DNA of 64,000 nucleotides, taken from contig CAZHSO010000001.1 of NCBI GenBank assembly GCA_964535105.1, positions 1,779-65,778 on the forward strand, read 5' to 3'. This stretch comes from an uncultured Gemmatimonas sp. Lineage in GTDB: Bacteria > Gemmatimonadota > Gemmatimonadetes > Gemmatimonadales > GWC2-71-9. Shown here one piece after another: positions 1 to 9,889 of the stretch. Each line of letters begins with the position of its first letter. Positions within the stretch are counted from its first letter, which is position 1. The notes beneath the pieces were generated by a model. That model saw only the letters and a list, made by a program, of their open reading frames with translations, did not search any database and was not told where the DNA came from. A program made the position numbers and the translations under genes.

Positions 1-1883
1 ACAACTTTCATACCGACGCCTTCCAGCCGCTGCTGGACCGGATCGGGGAGCTGGTCGGCTCGCCCTATCCCGGCAGCATGGAAGGGCCAGGGGCATCGTT
101 CCGCGTTGTGGCAGATCACGCGCGCGCCGTCACCTTCCTCCTTGCTGATGGCGTCTTCCCCGGCAACGAGGGCCGCGGGTACGTGCTGCGGCGGATTCTG
201 CGACGCGCGGTGCGGCACGCGTGGCTTCTCGGCAGGCGCGAGCCGACGCTCGCGCCACTCACCGGGCTGGTCATCGACCTGATGCAGGACGCCTATCCCG
301 AGCTCGCCGGCAAGCGGGGAGAAATCCGGCAGTGGACCGAGACAGAGGAAGTGCGTTTCCTCGAGACCATCGAGGGAGGGCTCGGTCGCCTCGAAGAAAT
401 CTTCGCGACGGGCGTCTCGGCGATTCCGGGTGAAGAGGCGTTCAAGCTGTACGACACGTTCGGCTTTCCCATCGATCTCACTCAGCTGATCGCCGCGGAG
501 CGCGGGGTCGGGGTGGATCTTCCAGGGTTCGAGGCCGCGCTCGCGGAGCAGCGCAACCGGAGCCGGGCTGCGCGACGCGGAGCGGCGGGTGGGCAGTCCG
601 CCGGTCCTGTGATCCGCTCCCGGAAGCCCAAGTGGAACATCCTCCGCCGGGGAAAACAGAAATTCGTCGGCTACGACACGACGCGCGCCGAGACCGAGCC
701 ACTCGCCTTCCGGCAGGACGCTGGGCGCGTCGATCTCATCCTTCACCAGAATCCGTTCTACGCCGAGTCGGGCGGTCAGGTCAGCGACATCGGTGTCGTG
801 CGCGGCGCGGGCTGGACCCTGCCGGTCGATGCCGTCCGGAAGGACGAGCGGGGCGTGGTCGTTTCGGGGCCGATACCGGAGTCGTTCGAGCCCACCCCCG
901 TCGAGGCGGAGGTCGCCGAAGCGCGTCGCCGGAACATTGAGCGGAATCACAGCGCGACCCACCTGGTGCACGCCGCGCTTCGGCGGCACCTCGGCACCCA
1001 TGTCCGCCAGCAGGGATCCCTGGTGGATGCCGACCGGTTGCGCTTCGATTTTTCGCATCACGGTCCGATCGAGTCCGCGACGCTCGACCGGATCGAGCGG
1101 GATGTGAACGAGGCGATCTGGGCCAATCACCCGGTCTCGACCCGCGAGCTGCCCTATCCTGAGGCCCTGGCGCTCGGCGCGATGGCGTTCTTCGCCGACA
1201 AATACGGGGAGGTCGTGCGCGTCGTGCAAATGGGGAATTCGATCGAGCTTTGCGGCGGAACCCACGTCGCCACCACCGGCGTGCTGGGACTCTTCCGGTT
1301 CAGCTCGCAGGGCGGTGTCGCGGCGGGGGTGCGCCGGATCGAGGCGGTGACGGGGCCCGGCGCCTATGCGGCGCTGGACGCGATCGATGTCCGGCTTCGC
1401 CAGGCGGCCGATCTCCTGCGCACCCAGCCCGAGCACATGGCGCGCCGGATCGAGCAGCTCTTGCAGGAGCGTGACAAGCTCGAGAGCCGGGTGCAGGAGA
1501 TGCTCAAGGACGGTACCGGCGCCGGGGCCACCGGGCAAGAGCTTACGGTGCGCGACATTGCCGTGACGATCGGCGAAACCGCGGCCGAAGACCGGGAGGA
1601 GATCGGGCAGCTCGCCGACCAGTTCCGGTCGGGACGCAAGAGCGCAGCGCTGGTGCTCTTCGGCACGTCGGGTCGCGGTGCCCTGCACGTCGCGCTCACC
1701 GACGATCTGGTGCAGCGGGGCTTGAAGGCGGGTGACCTGGTGAATCGCATCGCCGCCGCGAGCGGCGGGCGGGGGGGAGGACGTCCGGGATTCGCCTCGG
1801 CGAGCGCAGGCGATCCCGCGCTCCTCCCCGCCGCTCGCGAGGCGGCGCCGCGCCTCATCGAGGAATGGCTGGCCGGCGCGTGA
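1..1883 (+). CDS. alaS: alanine--tRNA ligase, C-terminal ~627 codons (5' end lies outside the window)
   Basis: Frame 3 is open from nt 3 (NFHTDAFQPLLDRI...) and runs into listed ORF 78..1883. It carries the editing-domain motif NHSATHLVHAAL, ELCGGTHV and a C-terminal oligomerisation/DHHA1-like tail. Confidence 0.95.
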   Translation, partial: NFHTDAFQPLLDRIGELVGSPYPGSMEGPGASFRVVADHARAVTFLLADGVFPGNEGRGYVLRRILRRAVRHAWLLGRREPTLAPLTGLVIDLMQDAYPELAGKRGEIRQWTETEEVRFLETIEGGLGRLEEIFATGVSAIPGEEAFKLYDTFGFPIDLTQLIAAERGVGVDLPGFEAALAEQRNRSRAARRGAAGGQSAGPVIRSRKPKWNILRRGKQKFVGYDTTRAETEPLAFRQDAGRVDLILHQNPFYAESGGQVSDIGVVRGAGWTLPVDAVRKDERGVVVSGPIPESFEPTPVEAEVAEARRRNIERNHSATHLVHAALRRHLGTHVRQQGSLVDADRLRFDFSHHGPIESATLDRIERDVNEAIWANHPVSTRELPYPEALALGAMAFFADKYGEVVRVVQMGNSIELCGGTHVATTGVLGLFRFSSQGGVAAGVRRIEAVTGPGAYAALDAIDVRLRQAADLLRTQPEHMARRIEQLLQERDKLESRVQEMLKDGTGAGATGQELTVRDIAVTIGETAAEDREEIGQLADQFRSGRKSAALVLFGTSGRGALHVALTDDLVQRGLKAGDLVNRIAAASGGRGGGRPGFASASAGDPALLPAAREAAPRLIEEWLAGA

Positions 1884-2185
1884 CGCCAATGCTCGACTGG
1901 TTCCACCAGGAGAGCGCCGGGGCTCCCCCCGCGCTTCGGGCCCGGGCGGCACGCTATCTCGAAACCACCGCCGTCACCGATGACATGGCTACTGATCTGG
2001 CGGCCGCCGCGATGGGGGCCCTTCGTGCCACGCTGGAGCATGCCGGAGGGCGCGACGTCGCCCTTGATCTGCTGGCGGCCGATGCGCTGGTGACTCTCGC
2101 GCTCAAGGCGCGCGCCGCCGCCGATCCCGCCGACCTTGGCGGGTTCGCGGCGCGGGTTCGCGCCTCCGGTTCGGGGGCGCGGTGA
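1865..2185 (+). CDS. hypothetical small Ala-rich protein
   Basis: Listed ORF. Its TGA overlaps the GTG start of the next gene (GTGA at 2182-2185). I recognise no family. ATG at 1889 is an alternative start. Confidence 0.4.
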   Translation: MAGRRVTPMLDWFHQESAGAPPALRARAARYLETTAVTDDMATDLAAAAMGALRATLEHAGGRDVALDLLAADALVTLALKARAAADPADLGGFAARVRASGSGAR

Positions 2186-2943
2186 TCGATCTGCACTGTC
2201 ACCTGCTGCCCGGGGTCGACGACGGATCCCGGACGGTGGAGCAGTCGGTCCGGGTGCTCACCGCCATGCAGGAATCCGGCGTGACGGCGGTCTGCCTCAC
2301 ACCGCACCACACGGTGGGTCAGCTGAGCCAGGGCCTTCCACCCTCCCATGACGCCGCCTTCGCGGCGCTCTCCGCGGCGGCGCCCAAAGGCGTGCAGTTG
2401 TATCGCGGCGTGGAGCTGATGCTCGATCGGGCGATCTCACCCGATGTGCAGCACCGTCCCGAGGCGCGCCTCGCGGGCACCCGGCATATCCTGGTCGAAT
2501 TCGGCCGGCTCACGGCGGTGACCTCCATCGCCAATGCGTTGCACCAGATTTCCCAGCTCGGCCTGGTGCCGTTGCTCGCGCACCCGGAGCGATATGCCGC
2601 CTGCACCCCGGAGGCGGTGCGCCACTGGAAGTCGCTCGGCGCGATCATGCAGGTGGATGCGACGACCATTCTCGCCACCCGGGGTCGCGGCCAGCGCGCG
2701 CGGAATCTGCTGGCCGCCGGACTCGCGGATATCATCGCCGCCGACAACCACGGCGACGATCGCATGATGGGGACGGCCTATCGGTATCTCTGCGAAGCGG
2801 GTGGAGCGTCCCAGGCGGACCTCCTGTCCCGGCGCAATCCAGCGGCGATCCTCGCGGACAAGGAACTGGAGCCGGTGCCTCCTCTTCTCTTCAAGACGGG
2901 ACTGATGCAAAAGCTCCGGAACCTTCTGGACGACGGCGAATGA
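2182..2943 (+). CDS. PHP-family protein-tyrosine phosphatase (CpsB/YwqE-like)
   Basis: The N-terminus MIDLHCHLLPGVDDGS matches the CpsB metal-binding motif. It also has a later HPERY motif and is ~250 aa long. Confidence 0.8.
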   Translation: MIDLHCHLLPGVDDGSRTVEQSVRVLTAMQESGVTAVCLTPHHTVGQLSQGLPPSHDAAFAALSAAAPKGVQLYRGVELMLDRAISPDVQHRPEARLAGTRHILVEFGRLTAVTSIANALHQISQLGLVPLLAHPERYAACTPEAVRHWKSLGAIMQVDATTILATRGRGQRARNLLAAGLADIIAADNHGDDRMMGTAYRYLCEAGGASQADLLSRRNPAAILADKELEPVPPLLFKTGLMQKLRNLLDDGE

Positions 2944-3512
2944 GCGCCGCCGAGCGGATCATGGCGGGTCTCGCCGATCTGGCGCGGACCGCCGAGGCGA
3001 CCTCGACGCTCGCGCCGGCGGTGGCCGCCCTGGTGCGCCGCTACGCGGACACGATTCGGCGGGGCGGCACGATCTTCTTCGCCGGCAACGGGGGCAGCGC
3101 CGCCGACGCCCAGCATCTCGCCACCGAATACGTGGTGCGGTTCCGCGAGGCGCGACGGCCCTATGCCGCGATCGCGCTCACGACCGACACCTCCCTGCTG
3201 ACCGCGGTGGGCAACGATCTCGGGTTCGAGCAGATTTTCGCGCGACAGATCGAGGCGCTGGGCCGGGCGGGCGATCTGCTGGTGCTTCACAGCACCAGCG
3301 GTGCGAGCCGAAACCTGCTGGCGGCCGCGAGCGCCGCGCGGATCCGCGGTGTGTCGGTCGTCGCCTTCCTGGGGCGGGGCGGTGGGCCGCTCCGGTCCCA
3401 GGTGGACGAGGCGATCGTGATTCCCTCCGACAACGGGAGCCGGATCCAGGAGATGCACCTCGCCCTCGAGCATCTGATCGTGGAAGCCGTCGAGGAGGAG
3501 CTGGACCGGTGA
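2940..3512 (+). CDS. gmhA: SIS-domain sedoheptulose-7-phosphate isomerase-like protein
   Basis: Motifs FFAGNGGSAADAQHLATE and STSGASRNLL are typical of GmhA/DiaA SIS proteins. ATGA overlap with the upstream gene. Confidence 0.75.
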   Translation: MSAAERIMAGLADLARTAEATSTLAPAVAALVRRYADTIRRGGTIFFAGNGGSAADAQHLATEYVVRFREARRPYAAIALTTDTSLLTAVGNDLGFEQIFARQIEALGRAGDLLVLHSTSGASRNLLAAASAARIRGVSVVAFLGRGGGPLRSQVDEAIVIPSDNGSRIQEMHLALEHLIVEAVEEELDR

Positions 3513-4261
3513 TCTCTCTCACCGGACAGCGGGTCCTCGTTACGGGCGGCTCGCGCGGCATCGGCCGCGCCGCGGCGCTCCTCTTCGCCCGGGCCGGGGC
3601 CGACGTGGGGATCACCTACCATACCCGGACGGCCGACGCCGAAACGGTGTCCCGGGAAATTCGCGCAATGGGGCGGCGGGCGTTTCACTCCGGCGGCGAC
3701 CTTGCCCTGCCCGAGGTAGTGGACCGGGTCTTTCGGGAATGCAAAGCGGCATTCGGCGGGCTCGACTGCTTCGTCGCCAACGCGGGGATCTGGCCGGTCG
3801 AAGAAGTACCGCTCGGCCGGCTCAGCGAGCAGCGCTGGCGGTCCACTCTCGCGCAAAACCTCGACGCGGTCTTCCTCACCACGCGCGCCGCGCTCGGCCT
3901 CATGGGCCGCGGCGGACGCATCGTGCTGGTCTCCAGCACCGCAGGGCAGCGAGGCGAAGCGTTTCACGCCGACTACGCCGCCACCAAGGGCGCGCTCATC
4001 TCGATGACCAAGTCGCTCGCGATCGAGTGTGCACCGGACATCACCGTGAATTGCGTGGCACCGGGGTGGGTGGACACCGAGATGAGCGCTACGTCCTATA
4101 CCGGCGAGGGCAAGGCCCGCATCGCCGCAACCATCCCCCTCAAGCGAATCCCGGCGCCGGAGGACATTGCGGGGCCGATCCTGTTCCTCTGCAGCCCGCT
4201 GGCGCGGCACATCACCGGCGAGGTGCTCAACGTCAATGGCGGGAGTGTCCTGTGTGGGTGA
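3509..4261 (+). CDS. short-chain dehydrogenase/reductase (FabG-like)
   Basis: Has the Rossmann motif VTGGSRGIGRA, NAG, a YAATKGAL catalytic Y-x3-K and a GxxLNVNGG tail. Confidence 0.85.
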   Translation: MISLTGQRVLVTGGSRGIGRAAALLFARAGADVGITYHTRTADAETVSREIRAMGRRAFHSGGDLALPEVVDRVFRECKAAFGGLDCFVANAGIWPVEEVPLGRLSEQRWRSTLAQNLDAVFLTTRAALGLMGRGGRIVLVSSTAGQRGEAFHADYAATKGALISMTKSLAIECAPDITVNCVAPGWVDTEMSATSYTGEGKARIAATIPLKRIPAPEDIAGPILFLCSPLARHITGEVLNVNGGSVLCG

Positions 4262-4387
4262 GCAGTGAGCGGTGAGCGGTCGCAGTCCTGCAGCCGCGTG
4301 GGCCTCGCGGGCACGGGTCGTTTCCCGCTCACCGCTCACCGCTCACCGTCCGTCTCCTGCTCACCGCTCACCGCTCACCGCTGACCG
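4258..4387. repeat. heptanucleotide arrays (GTGAGCR)3 ... (CGCTCAC)3 ... (CGCTCAC)3-4 forming a long inverted repeat
   Basis: Left arm 4258-4279 (gtgagcagtgagcggtgagcgg, overlapping the SDR stop codon). Complementary arm 4325-4348. Second direct array 4357-4387 ends 2 nt before the ATG at 4390. Confidence 0.85.
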
Positions 4388-4389
4388 TC

Positions 4390-5343
4390 ATGATTCATCT
4401 TCTCGCCACCGGCGGCACCATCGCCATGCAGCGCAGCGCCGCCGCGGGCGGAAATGTCCCTGCCCTGGATGCCGAGCAGCTCGTGGCCGCGGTCGGAGGA
4501 CTCGGTAGCCGGAGCGAACTCCGGGTCGAGGACTGGGAGCGGCTGCCGGGCGTGCATCGTGGGCCGGCCGAGCTCTGGGCGCTGCGCAACCGGGTCGCCG
4601 AGATCGTGTCGGCGCCCGATGCGCCCTCCGGCGTCGTGATCACCCACGGGACCGATACTCTGGAAGAAACCGCGTACCTCGTCGCGCGCACCGTGCCGCT
4701 GCCGGTGCCGGTCGTGCTCACCGGCGCGATGCGTACCTCCAGCGACCCCGACTGGGATGGTCCCCGGAATCTCCGCGGGGCGGTGCAGGTGGCGCGCTCC
4801 CCCGCGAGCAGGAACCGCGGCGCCCTGGTGGTGTTCGCCTCCCGGATTCTCGATGGGCGTTTCGTCGCCAAGGTCGACACCTTTGCGCTCGAGGCCTTCG
4901 GCTCTCCCCACGCGCCGGCGGTCGGGACGGTCGACGATTCGGTGCGCTACGAGCGCCCGCCGGAGCCGCATCACCTCCTGCCGGCGCGGGATCTCTCCCC
5001 CCGCGTCGTGATCGTGCCGCTGATTCTGGGAGACGACGGCGCCCTGCTGGACATGGCTCGCGAACGGTTCGACGGGGTGGTGATCGAAGGCTTCGGACGC
5101 GGAAACATTCCGCCGGGAGCGCTGCCGGCGGTCCGCCGCTGGATCGATGCCGGCAAACCGGTCGTGCTGTCCAGCCGCTGTGCGGCGGGAGAAGTCGGCG
5201 GCGAATATGCCTTCCAGGGTGGCGGCGGCGAGCTCCTCAGAATGGGCGTGACTCCCGCCGGGCGCCGCACTCGGGCGCTCGCGCGGATGGAGCTCGTGCT
5301 CTCCCTCTCCGCCGGAGTCCCCTACGGAGCGACCGCCCAGTGA
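4390..5343 (+). CDS. L-asparaginase (type I / AnsA-like)
   Basis: N-terminus MIHLLATGGTIAM (TGGTIA nucleophile motif), then HGTDTLEETA. No signal peptide. Confidence 0.8.
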   Translation: MIHLLATGGTIAMQRSAAAGGNVPALDAEQLVAAVGGLGSRSELRVEDWERLPGVHRGPAELWALRNRVAEIVSAPDAPSGVVITHGTDTLEETAYLVARTVPLPVPVVLTGAMRTSSDPDWDGPRNLRGAVQVARSPASRNRGALVVFASRILDGRFVAKVDTFALEAFGSPHAPAVGTVDDSVRYERPPEPHHLLPARDLSPRVVIVPLILGDDGALLDMARERFDGVVIEGFGRGNIPPGALPAVRRWIDAGKPVVLSSRCAAGEVGGEYAFQGGGGELLRMGVTPAGRRTRALARMELVLSLSAGVPYGATAQ

Positions 5344-6527
5344 CCGCTCCAAGTCTTCCGGCGCTCCACGATCTGCCGAAGGAGGTGGCCGAGATCGCCG
5401 CCACCCTCGAGCGCGCCGGGTTCGAGACATGGTGCGTCGGGGGAGCGCTTCGCGACCGGATTCTGGGACACCGCGCGGTCGATGTCGATCTGGCGACGGC
5501 GGCAACGCCGGACCAGGTGCAAAAGCTCTTCCCGAAAACGATCGCCGTCGGCCTGCGCTACGGCACGGTCGGCGTGCTCGATCCGCGGCGCGTCCTGCAC
5601 GAGGTCACCACCTTCCGAAAAGATGTGGAGACCGATGGACGTCACGCGGTGGTCGAGTACGGAGCCAGCCTCGAAGAGGATCTGGCCCGGCGCGATTTCA
5701 CCATCAACGCACTCGCCTATCACCCGCTCCGGCACGAATGGCGCGATCCGCACGGCGGCGCCGCCGATCTCGACCGCCGCGTGGTGCGGGCCGTCGGCAA
5801 TCCCGCGACACGCTTCGCCGAGGACTATTTGCGGATTCTGCGTGCGCTCCGGTTCGCCGCGCGATTCGAGTTCGCGATCGAGCCGGGAACCTGGCAGGCC
5901 GCGGTGGCGGGGGCGCCGGGTCTTTCCGGGCTCTCGGCCGAGCGGGTGCGGGACGAATGGTTCAAGGGGCTCACGACCGCAACGTCGCTGACCCGCCTGG
6001 TTGCGCTCTGGCACGACGTGGGGGCGGCCGCGGTGTGGCTGCCGGAGCTCCGGAGCTCCTGCCCGTTGGCCATCGATGCTCCCGCGCGACGGGATCCCGT
6101 GGTGCTGACCGCGGCGCTCTCATCCGCGCCCCATGAGGTCCTGGGACGACTGCGCGCGTCCAACGAGGAGATCGCGCGCGCGCGCGCCATGCACGCGGGG
6201 CCTGCCAGGCCCGCGAGCGATGATCCCCGCGACGTGCGGCGCTGGATGGCGGCGGTCGAAGGCGCTGCCGATGATTTGCTGAGCCTGGCGGAGCTCGCCT
6301 CGGGCTCGCCGCCGCCGTGGGCCGCGGTCGTCGCCGGCATTCGCGCGCGGAGCGAAGCCACCTCACGAGGCCAGCTCGCCGTGACCGGAGCCGATCTGCT
6401 GGCCCTGGGGATTCCCGCGGGGCCGGAGCTCGGGCGTCTGCTGACCCGGCTGCTCGAGGCCGTTCTCGATGACCCCGCGCGCAATACACGAGAGAGCCTG
6501 CTGACACTCGCCGAGGCATGGCGGTGA
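5340..6527 (+). CDS. cca: CCA-adding enzyme / poly(A) polymerase-family tRNA nucleotidyltransferase
   Basis: Head-domain motifs VGGALRDRILG, DVDLAT and RDFTINALA. GTGA overlap with the upstream gene. Confidence 0.8.
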   Translation: MTAPSLPALHDLPKEVAEIAATLERAGFETWCVGGALRDRILGHRAVDVDLATAATPDQVQKLFPKTIAVGLRYGTVGVLDPRRVLHEVTTFRKDVETDGRHAVVEYGASLEEDLARRDFTINALAYHPLRHEWRDPHGGAADLDRRVVRAVGNPATRFAEDYLRILRALRFAARFEFAIEPGTWQAAVAGAPGLSGLSAERVRDEWFKGLTTATSLTRLVALWHDVGAAAVWLPELRSSCPLAIDAPARRDPVVLTAALSSAPHEVLGRLRASNEEIARARAMHAGPARPASDDPRDVRRWMAAVEGAADDLLSLAELASGSPPPWAAVVAGIRARSEATSRGQLAVTGADLLALGIPAGPELGRLLTRLLEAVLDDPARNTRESLLTLAEAWR

Positions 6528-7246
6528 CGCCGGTTTTCTTCGCGATCGCCGCCGCGCTGGGCAACCTCGCCGGCGCCTTTGCCGTGGTGCGGCGCGAGCG
6601 GCGGAGTCTCGTCTTCATCGAGACCTGCCTTGCGTTCGGCGCGGGGTTCATGGTCGCGCTGGTCCTGGTCGGCGTCCTGCCGGAGGTGTTCGCGGCGCCG
6701 GGCGCGTTTCCCTCGGCCGGGCTCCTCGTGCTCCTGGGGTACGTCCTCGTGCACGTCGCGCAGCACGTCATCACCCCGCATTTCCATTTCGGTGAAGAGA
6801 CGCATACCGTCTCGGCGCGCGCCGGCGACAGCGCGCTGGTGGGGCTCACCCTCCACGCCTTCTTCGACGGGGTCGCCATCGCCAGCGGATTCCTGGTGTC
6901 GGAGCGGCTCGGCCTCCTGTTTTTCCTCGCGGTCGTGCTGCACAAGCTTCCCGAGGGCGTCACCATTGCGAGCCTGATGCTCGCCTCGGGACGGGGGCGT
7001 GGTCCGGCGCTGGGGTCCGGCGCGGTGCTGGGGATCGCCACCATCGGGGGGGTGCTGCTGACCGAAGCGGTGGCCTCGCTCGCGCGGTCCGGTCTTGCGC
7101 TCGCCGCCGGGGTCACCCTCTACGTCGCGGCCTCCAACCTGGTACCCCAGTTCCAGGCCACCCGCGGCGTTCGGATGACCGCCGCATTTCTCGGTGGAGC
7201 GGCGGCGTTGCTCCTGCTCGGACCCCTGACCGGGTCGGCCGTGTGA
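6518..7246 (+). CDS. ZIP-family divalent metal transporter
   Basis: Multi-pass hydrophobic protein with HAFFDGVAIA and HKLPEGVTIAS motifs, as in ZupT/GufA. Confidence 0.75.
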   Translation: MAVTPVFFAIAAALGNLAGAFAVVRRERRSLVFIETCLAFGAGFMVALVLVGVLPEVFAAPGAFPSAGLLVLLGYVLVHVAQHVITPHFHFGEETHTVSARAGDSALVGLTLHAFFDGVAIASGFLVSERLGLLFFLAVVLHKLPEGVTIASLMLASGRGRGPALGSGAVLGIATIGGVLLTEAVASLARSGLALAAGVTLYVAASNLVPQFQATRGVRMTAAFLGGAAALLLLGPLTGSAV

Positions 7247-8556
7247 CCGATGCGATGGACGACACCCCGGAGCTCTTCTCGACACCGGCGCCGCTGGCTG
7301 CGCGGATGCGCCCGCGCACGCTGGAGGAATTCGCCGGGCAGAGTCATCTCCTCGCGCCTGGACGGGCGCTGGGCGACGCGCTCCGCCGCGGGGACATCGG
7401 GAGCGCGATTCTCTGGGGACCGCCGGGGACCGGCAAGACTTCGCTCGCGCATCTCGTCGCCGGACATACCGGGCGGGCGTTCATCGCGTTCAGCGCCGTC
7501 ACCGAAGGGGTGCAGCGGGTCCGCGAGGTGATCAAGGAGGCGGAGGAGCGGTGGCGCCTGGGCCGGGGTACGATTCTCTTCTGCGACGAGATCCACCGCT
7601 TCAATCGCGCGCAGCAGGATGCCTTCCTTCCGCACGTCGAGCGAGGAACCATCACGCTCATCGGTGCCACGACCGAAAATCCGAGCTTCAGCCTGAACGC
7701 GGCGCTCCTCTCCCGTTGCCAGGTCTTCGTGCTGCAGCCGCTCACCCCCACCGACACCGGGGTCGTGGTGCGGGCGGCGCTGGGCGACCGTGACCGGGGG
7801 CTCGGACGGCTCGAACTCACCGTGACGGACGATGCGATGGGCTGGCTTGTCGTTCAGGCGGATGGCGATGCCCGGCGCGCGCTCACCGCGCTCGAGGCTG
7901 CCGCGCAGCAGGCCGGCCTCGGGGGACGGATCACACTCGCCGACATGGCCGAAGCCTTTGCCCGAAGGGTGCCGCGATACGACCAGTCGGGCGAAGAGCA
8001 TTTCAATCTCCTCTCCGCCTACCACAAATCGCTTCGCGGGAGCGATCCACAGGGCGCCCTCTACTGGATGGCGCGGATGCTCGAAGGGGGCGAGGACCCG
8101 CTGGTGCTGTTCCGCAGGGCGATTGCGATGGCGGCGGAGGACGTCGGGCTGGCGGACCCGCACGCCCTGCAGCTGGCCGTGGCGGCGCGTGAAGCCTACC
8201 GGCAGCTCGGACCGCCCGAGGGATACCTCCCGCTGGCGGAGATGACGATCTACCTCGCGATCGCGCCCAAGTCGAACAGTGTCAAGGCCGCGCTCCATGC
8301 GGCCATGGGCCTGGCGCGCGACACTCCCGCGGAGCCGGTGCCGGTACATCTGCGCAATGCGCCCACGGCTCTGATGAGGGAGCTGGGGTACGGCGCCGAG
8401 TATCGCTACGCCCACGACTATCCCGGCCACTTCGTGAAGCAGGAGTATCTGCCGGAGCCGCTGGCAGACCGGGCGCCGTACGTACCCGGCGAGCTGGGGT
8501 ACGAAAAGAAGGTGGCCGAGCGCATGGCGTGGTGGAAGAGCCGGGGCGCGGAGTGA
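7243..8556 (+). CDS. rarA: replication-associated recombination protein A (AAA+ ATPase)
   Basis: Walker A GPPGTGKTSLA, DEIHRFN, and C-terminal MgsA motifs HFNLLSAYHKSLRGSD and YxYxHDY. Confidence 0.9.
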   Translation: MTDAMDDTPELFSTPAPLAARMRPRTLEEFAGQSHLLAPGRALGDALRRGDIGSAILWGPPGTGKTSLAHLVAGHTGRAFIAFSAVTEGVQRVREVIKEAEERWRLGRGTILFCDEIHRFNRAQQDAFLPHVERGTITLIGATTENPSFSLNAALLSRCQVFVLQPLTPTDTGVVVRAALGDRDRGLGRLELTVTDDAMGWLVVQADGDARRALTALEAAAQQAGLGGRITLADMAEAFARRVPRYDQSGEEHFNLLSAYHKSLRGSDPQGALYWMARMLEGGEDPLVLFRRAIAMAAEDVGLADPHALQLAVAAREAYRQLGPPEGYLPLAEMTIYLAIAPKSNSVKAALHAAMGLARDTPAEPVPVHLRNAPTALMRELGYGAEYRYAHDYPGHFVKQEYLPEPLADRAPYVPGELGYEKKVAERMAWWKSRGAE

Positions 8557-8650
8557 TGGGTGGGCCGGATTATCTTACCGAGCACTCTTTCGAGCGACGA
8601 GGACGACCATCCGAGATCTGATTGCGGTACAGCCCCCGGCGGAGCGCGCG

Positions 8651-9889
8651 GTGCTCGTGGCCGTCACCCGCAAGGGTTCGCGCGAAGTGGACCAGGTGCA
8701 GGAGCATCTCGACGAGCTGGGGCGGCTGGTGGATACTGCGGGCGCGCAGGTCGTGGGACGGCTGACGCAGCAGGTACAGTCCCCCAATCCGGCCACGCTG
8801 CTCGGCGAGGGCAAGGTGGAGGAGCTCAAAGCGCTCGTTGCCGAACGCGGGGCCACGCTCGCCATTTTCGACGATGAGCTCGCGCCGGTGCAGGGCGCCA
8901 ACCTGGAGCGCGAGCTTGGCATCAGGGTCATGGACCGCGCGGAAGTCATCCTCGACATCTTCTCGACCCGGGCGCGCACGGCGGAGGCCAGGCTGCAGGT
9001 CGAGCTCGCCCAGCTCGAGTATCTCCTGCCGCGGCTCACGCGGATGTGGACCCACTTGTCGCGGATCCGCGGCGGTATCGGTCTCCGGGGCCCCGGCGAA
9101 ACCCAGCTCGAAACCGACCGGCGAATGATTCGCCAGAAGATTCAGCATCATCGCGGGAAGCTGCGCGATGTCGCCCGCCACCGCGAGACAATTCGCAGCG
9201 GGCGCCAGAAGCTCCTGAATGCGTCGCTGGTCGGATACACCAACGCCGGCAAATCGAGCCTCCTGCGCGCCCTGACCGGCGACCATGACATTGTCGTGGA
9301 AGACCGCCTCTTCGCGACGCTCGATACGCTGACCCGAGAAGTGGAGGTGGGCGACGGCGTGCGTGTCCGGGTCACCGATACCGTCGGCTTCATCCGGAAG
9401 CTGCCCCACCATCTGGTCGCGAGCTTCCGCGCCACCTTGGAGGAAGCGCGCGAGGCCGATGTGCTGTTGCACGTCATCGACGCGAGCCATCCCGAGTGGG
9501 AGGAGCAGGCGGCGGTGGTGGAGCAGGTGCTGGGAGAGCTCGAGCTCTCCGACCGTCCGGTGGTGCTCGTGTTCAACAAGATCGATCTGGTGGAGGATCC
9601 GACCGCGTTCGCCGCGCGCATCCGCGAGATTCACCCCGACGCGGTGCTCACCACGACGATGCGCACCGACGGCGTGGCCTCGGTCAAGGCGGCGCTCCGG
9701 GATCGCGCCCGCGCCGGCCGTTCGACAGTCCGCGTGGTGGTGCCGGCCGGGGATGGAGCGCGGCTGGCGGCGGTGTACCGCGCCGGCGAGGTGCTGTCAC
9801 GCGAGGTCACGCCGGAGGGTGTCGTCCTGACGGTGCGCATGGAAGGATGGCGCGCTCGCCAGCTCAGCCTGACCGACGGGGCGGCGTGA
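8651..9889 (+). CDS. hflX: GTPase HflX
   Basis: HflX N-domain, then G-domain motifs GYTNAGKSSL, DTVGFI and NKID. There is no ATG/GTG/TTG upstream in frame although ...AERAVLVAV reads through. The true start may therefore be non-canonical (ATT 8621 / CTG 8618). Confidence 0.85.
   Translation: MLVAVTRKGSREVDQVQEHLDELGRLVDTAGAQVVGRLTQQVQSPNPATLLGEGKVEELKALVAERGATLAIFDDELAPVQGANLERELGIRVMDRAEVILDIFSTRARTAEARLQVELAQLEYLLPRLTRMWTHLSRIRGGIGLRGPGETQLETDRRMIRQKIQHHRGKLRDVARHRETIRSGRQKLLNASLVGYTNAGKSSLLRALTGDHDIVVEDRLFATLDTLTREVEVGDGVRVRVTDTVGFIRKLPHHLVASFRATLEEAREADVLLHVIDASHPEWEEQAAVVEQVLGELELSDRPVVLVFNKIDLVEDPTAFAARIREIHPDAVLTTTMRTDGVASVKAALRDRARAGRSTVRVVVPAGDGARLAAVYRAGEVLSREVTPEGVVLTVRMEGWRARQLSLTDGAA

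Noticed and set aside
4258-4387. CRISPR-like periodic repeats (also at 21142-21170 and 26239-26268)
   Set aside because: The units are 7 nt and contiguous, with no spacers. This is far too short for CRISPR repeats, and there are no cas genes.
9496-9885. N-terminal 130 codons of listed ORF 9496..10944
   Set aside because: This part is a Gly/Arg repeat translation lying inside hflX in another frame. Recognisable Gfo/Idh/MocA sequence begins at GTG 9886. Similar over-extended starts were trimmed for ORFs 30279, 30916, 36390, 37625, 39768, 42512, 44420, 52692 and 59015.
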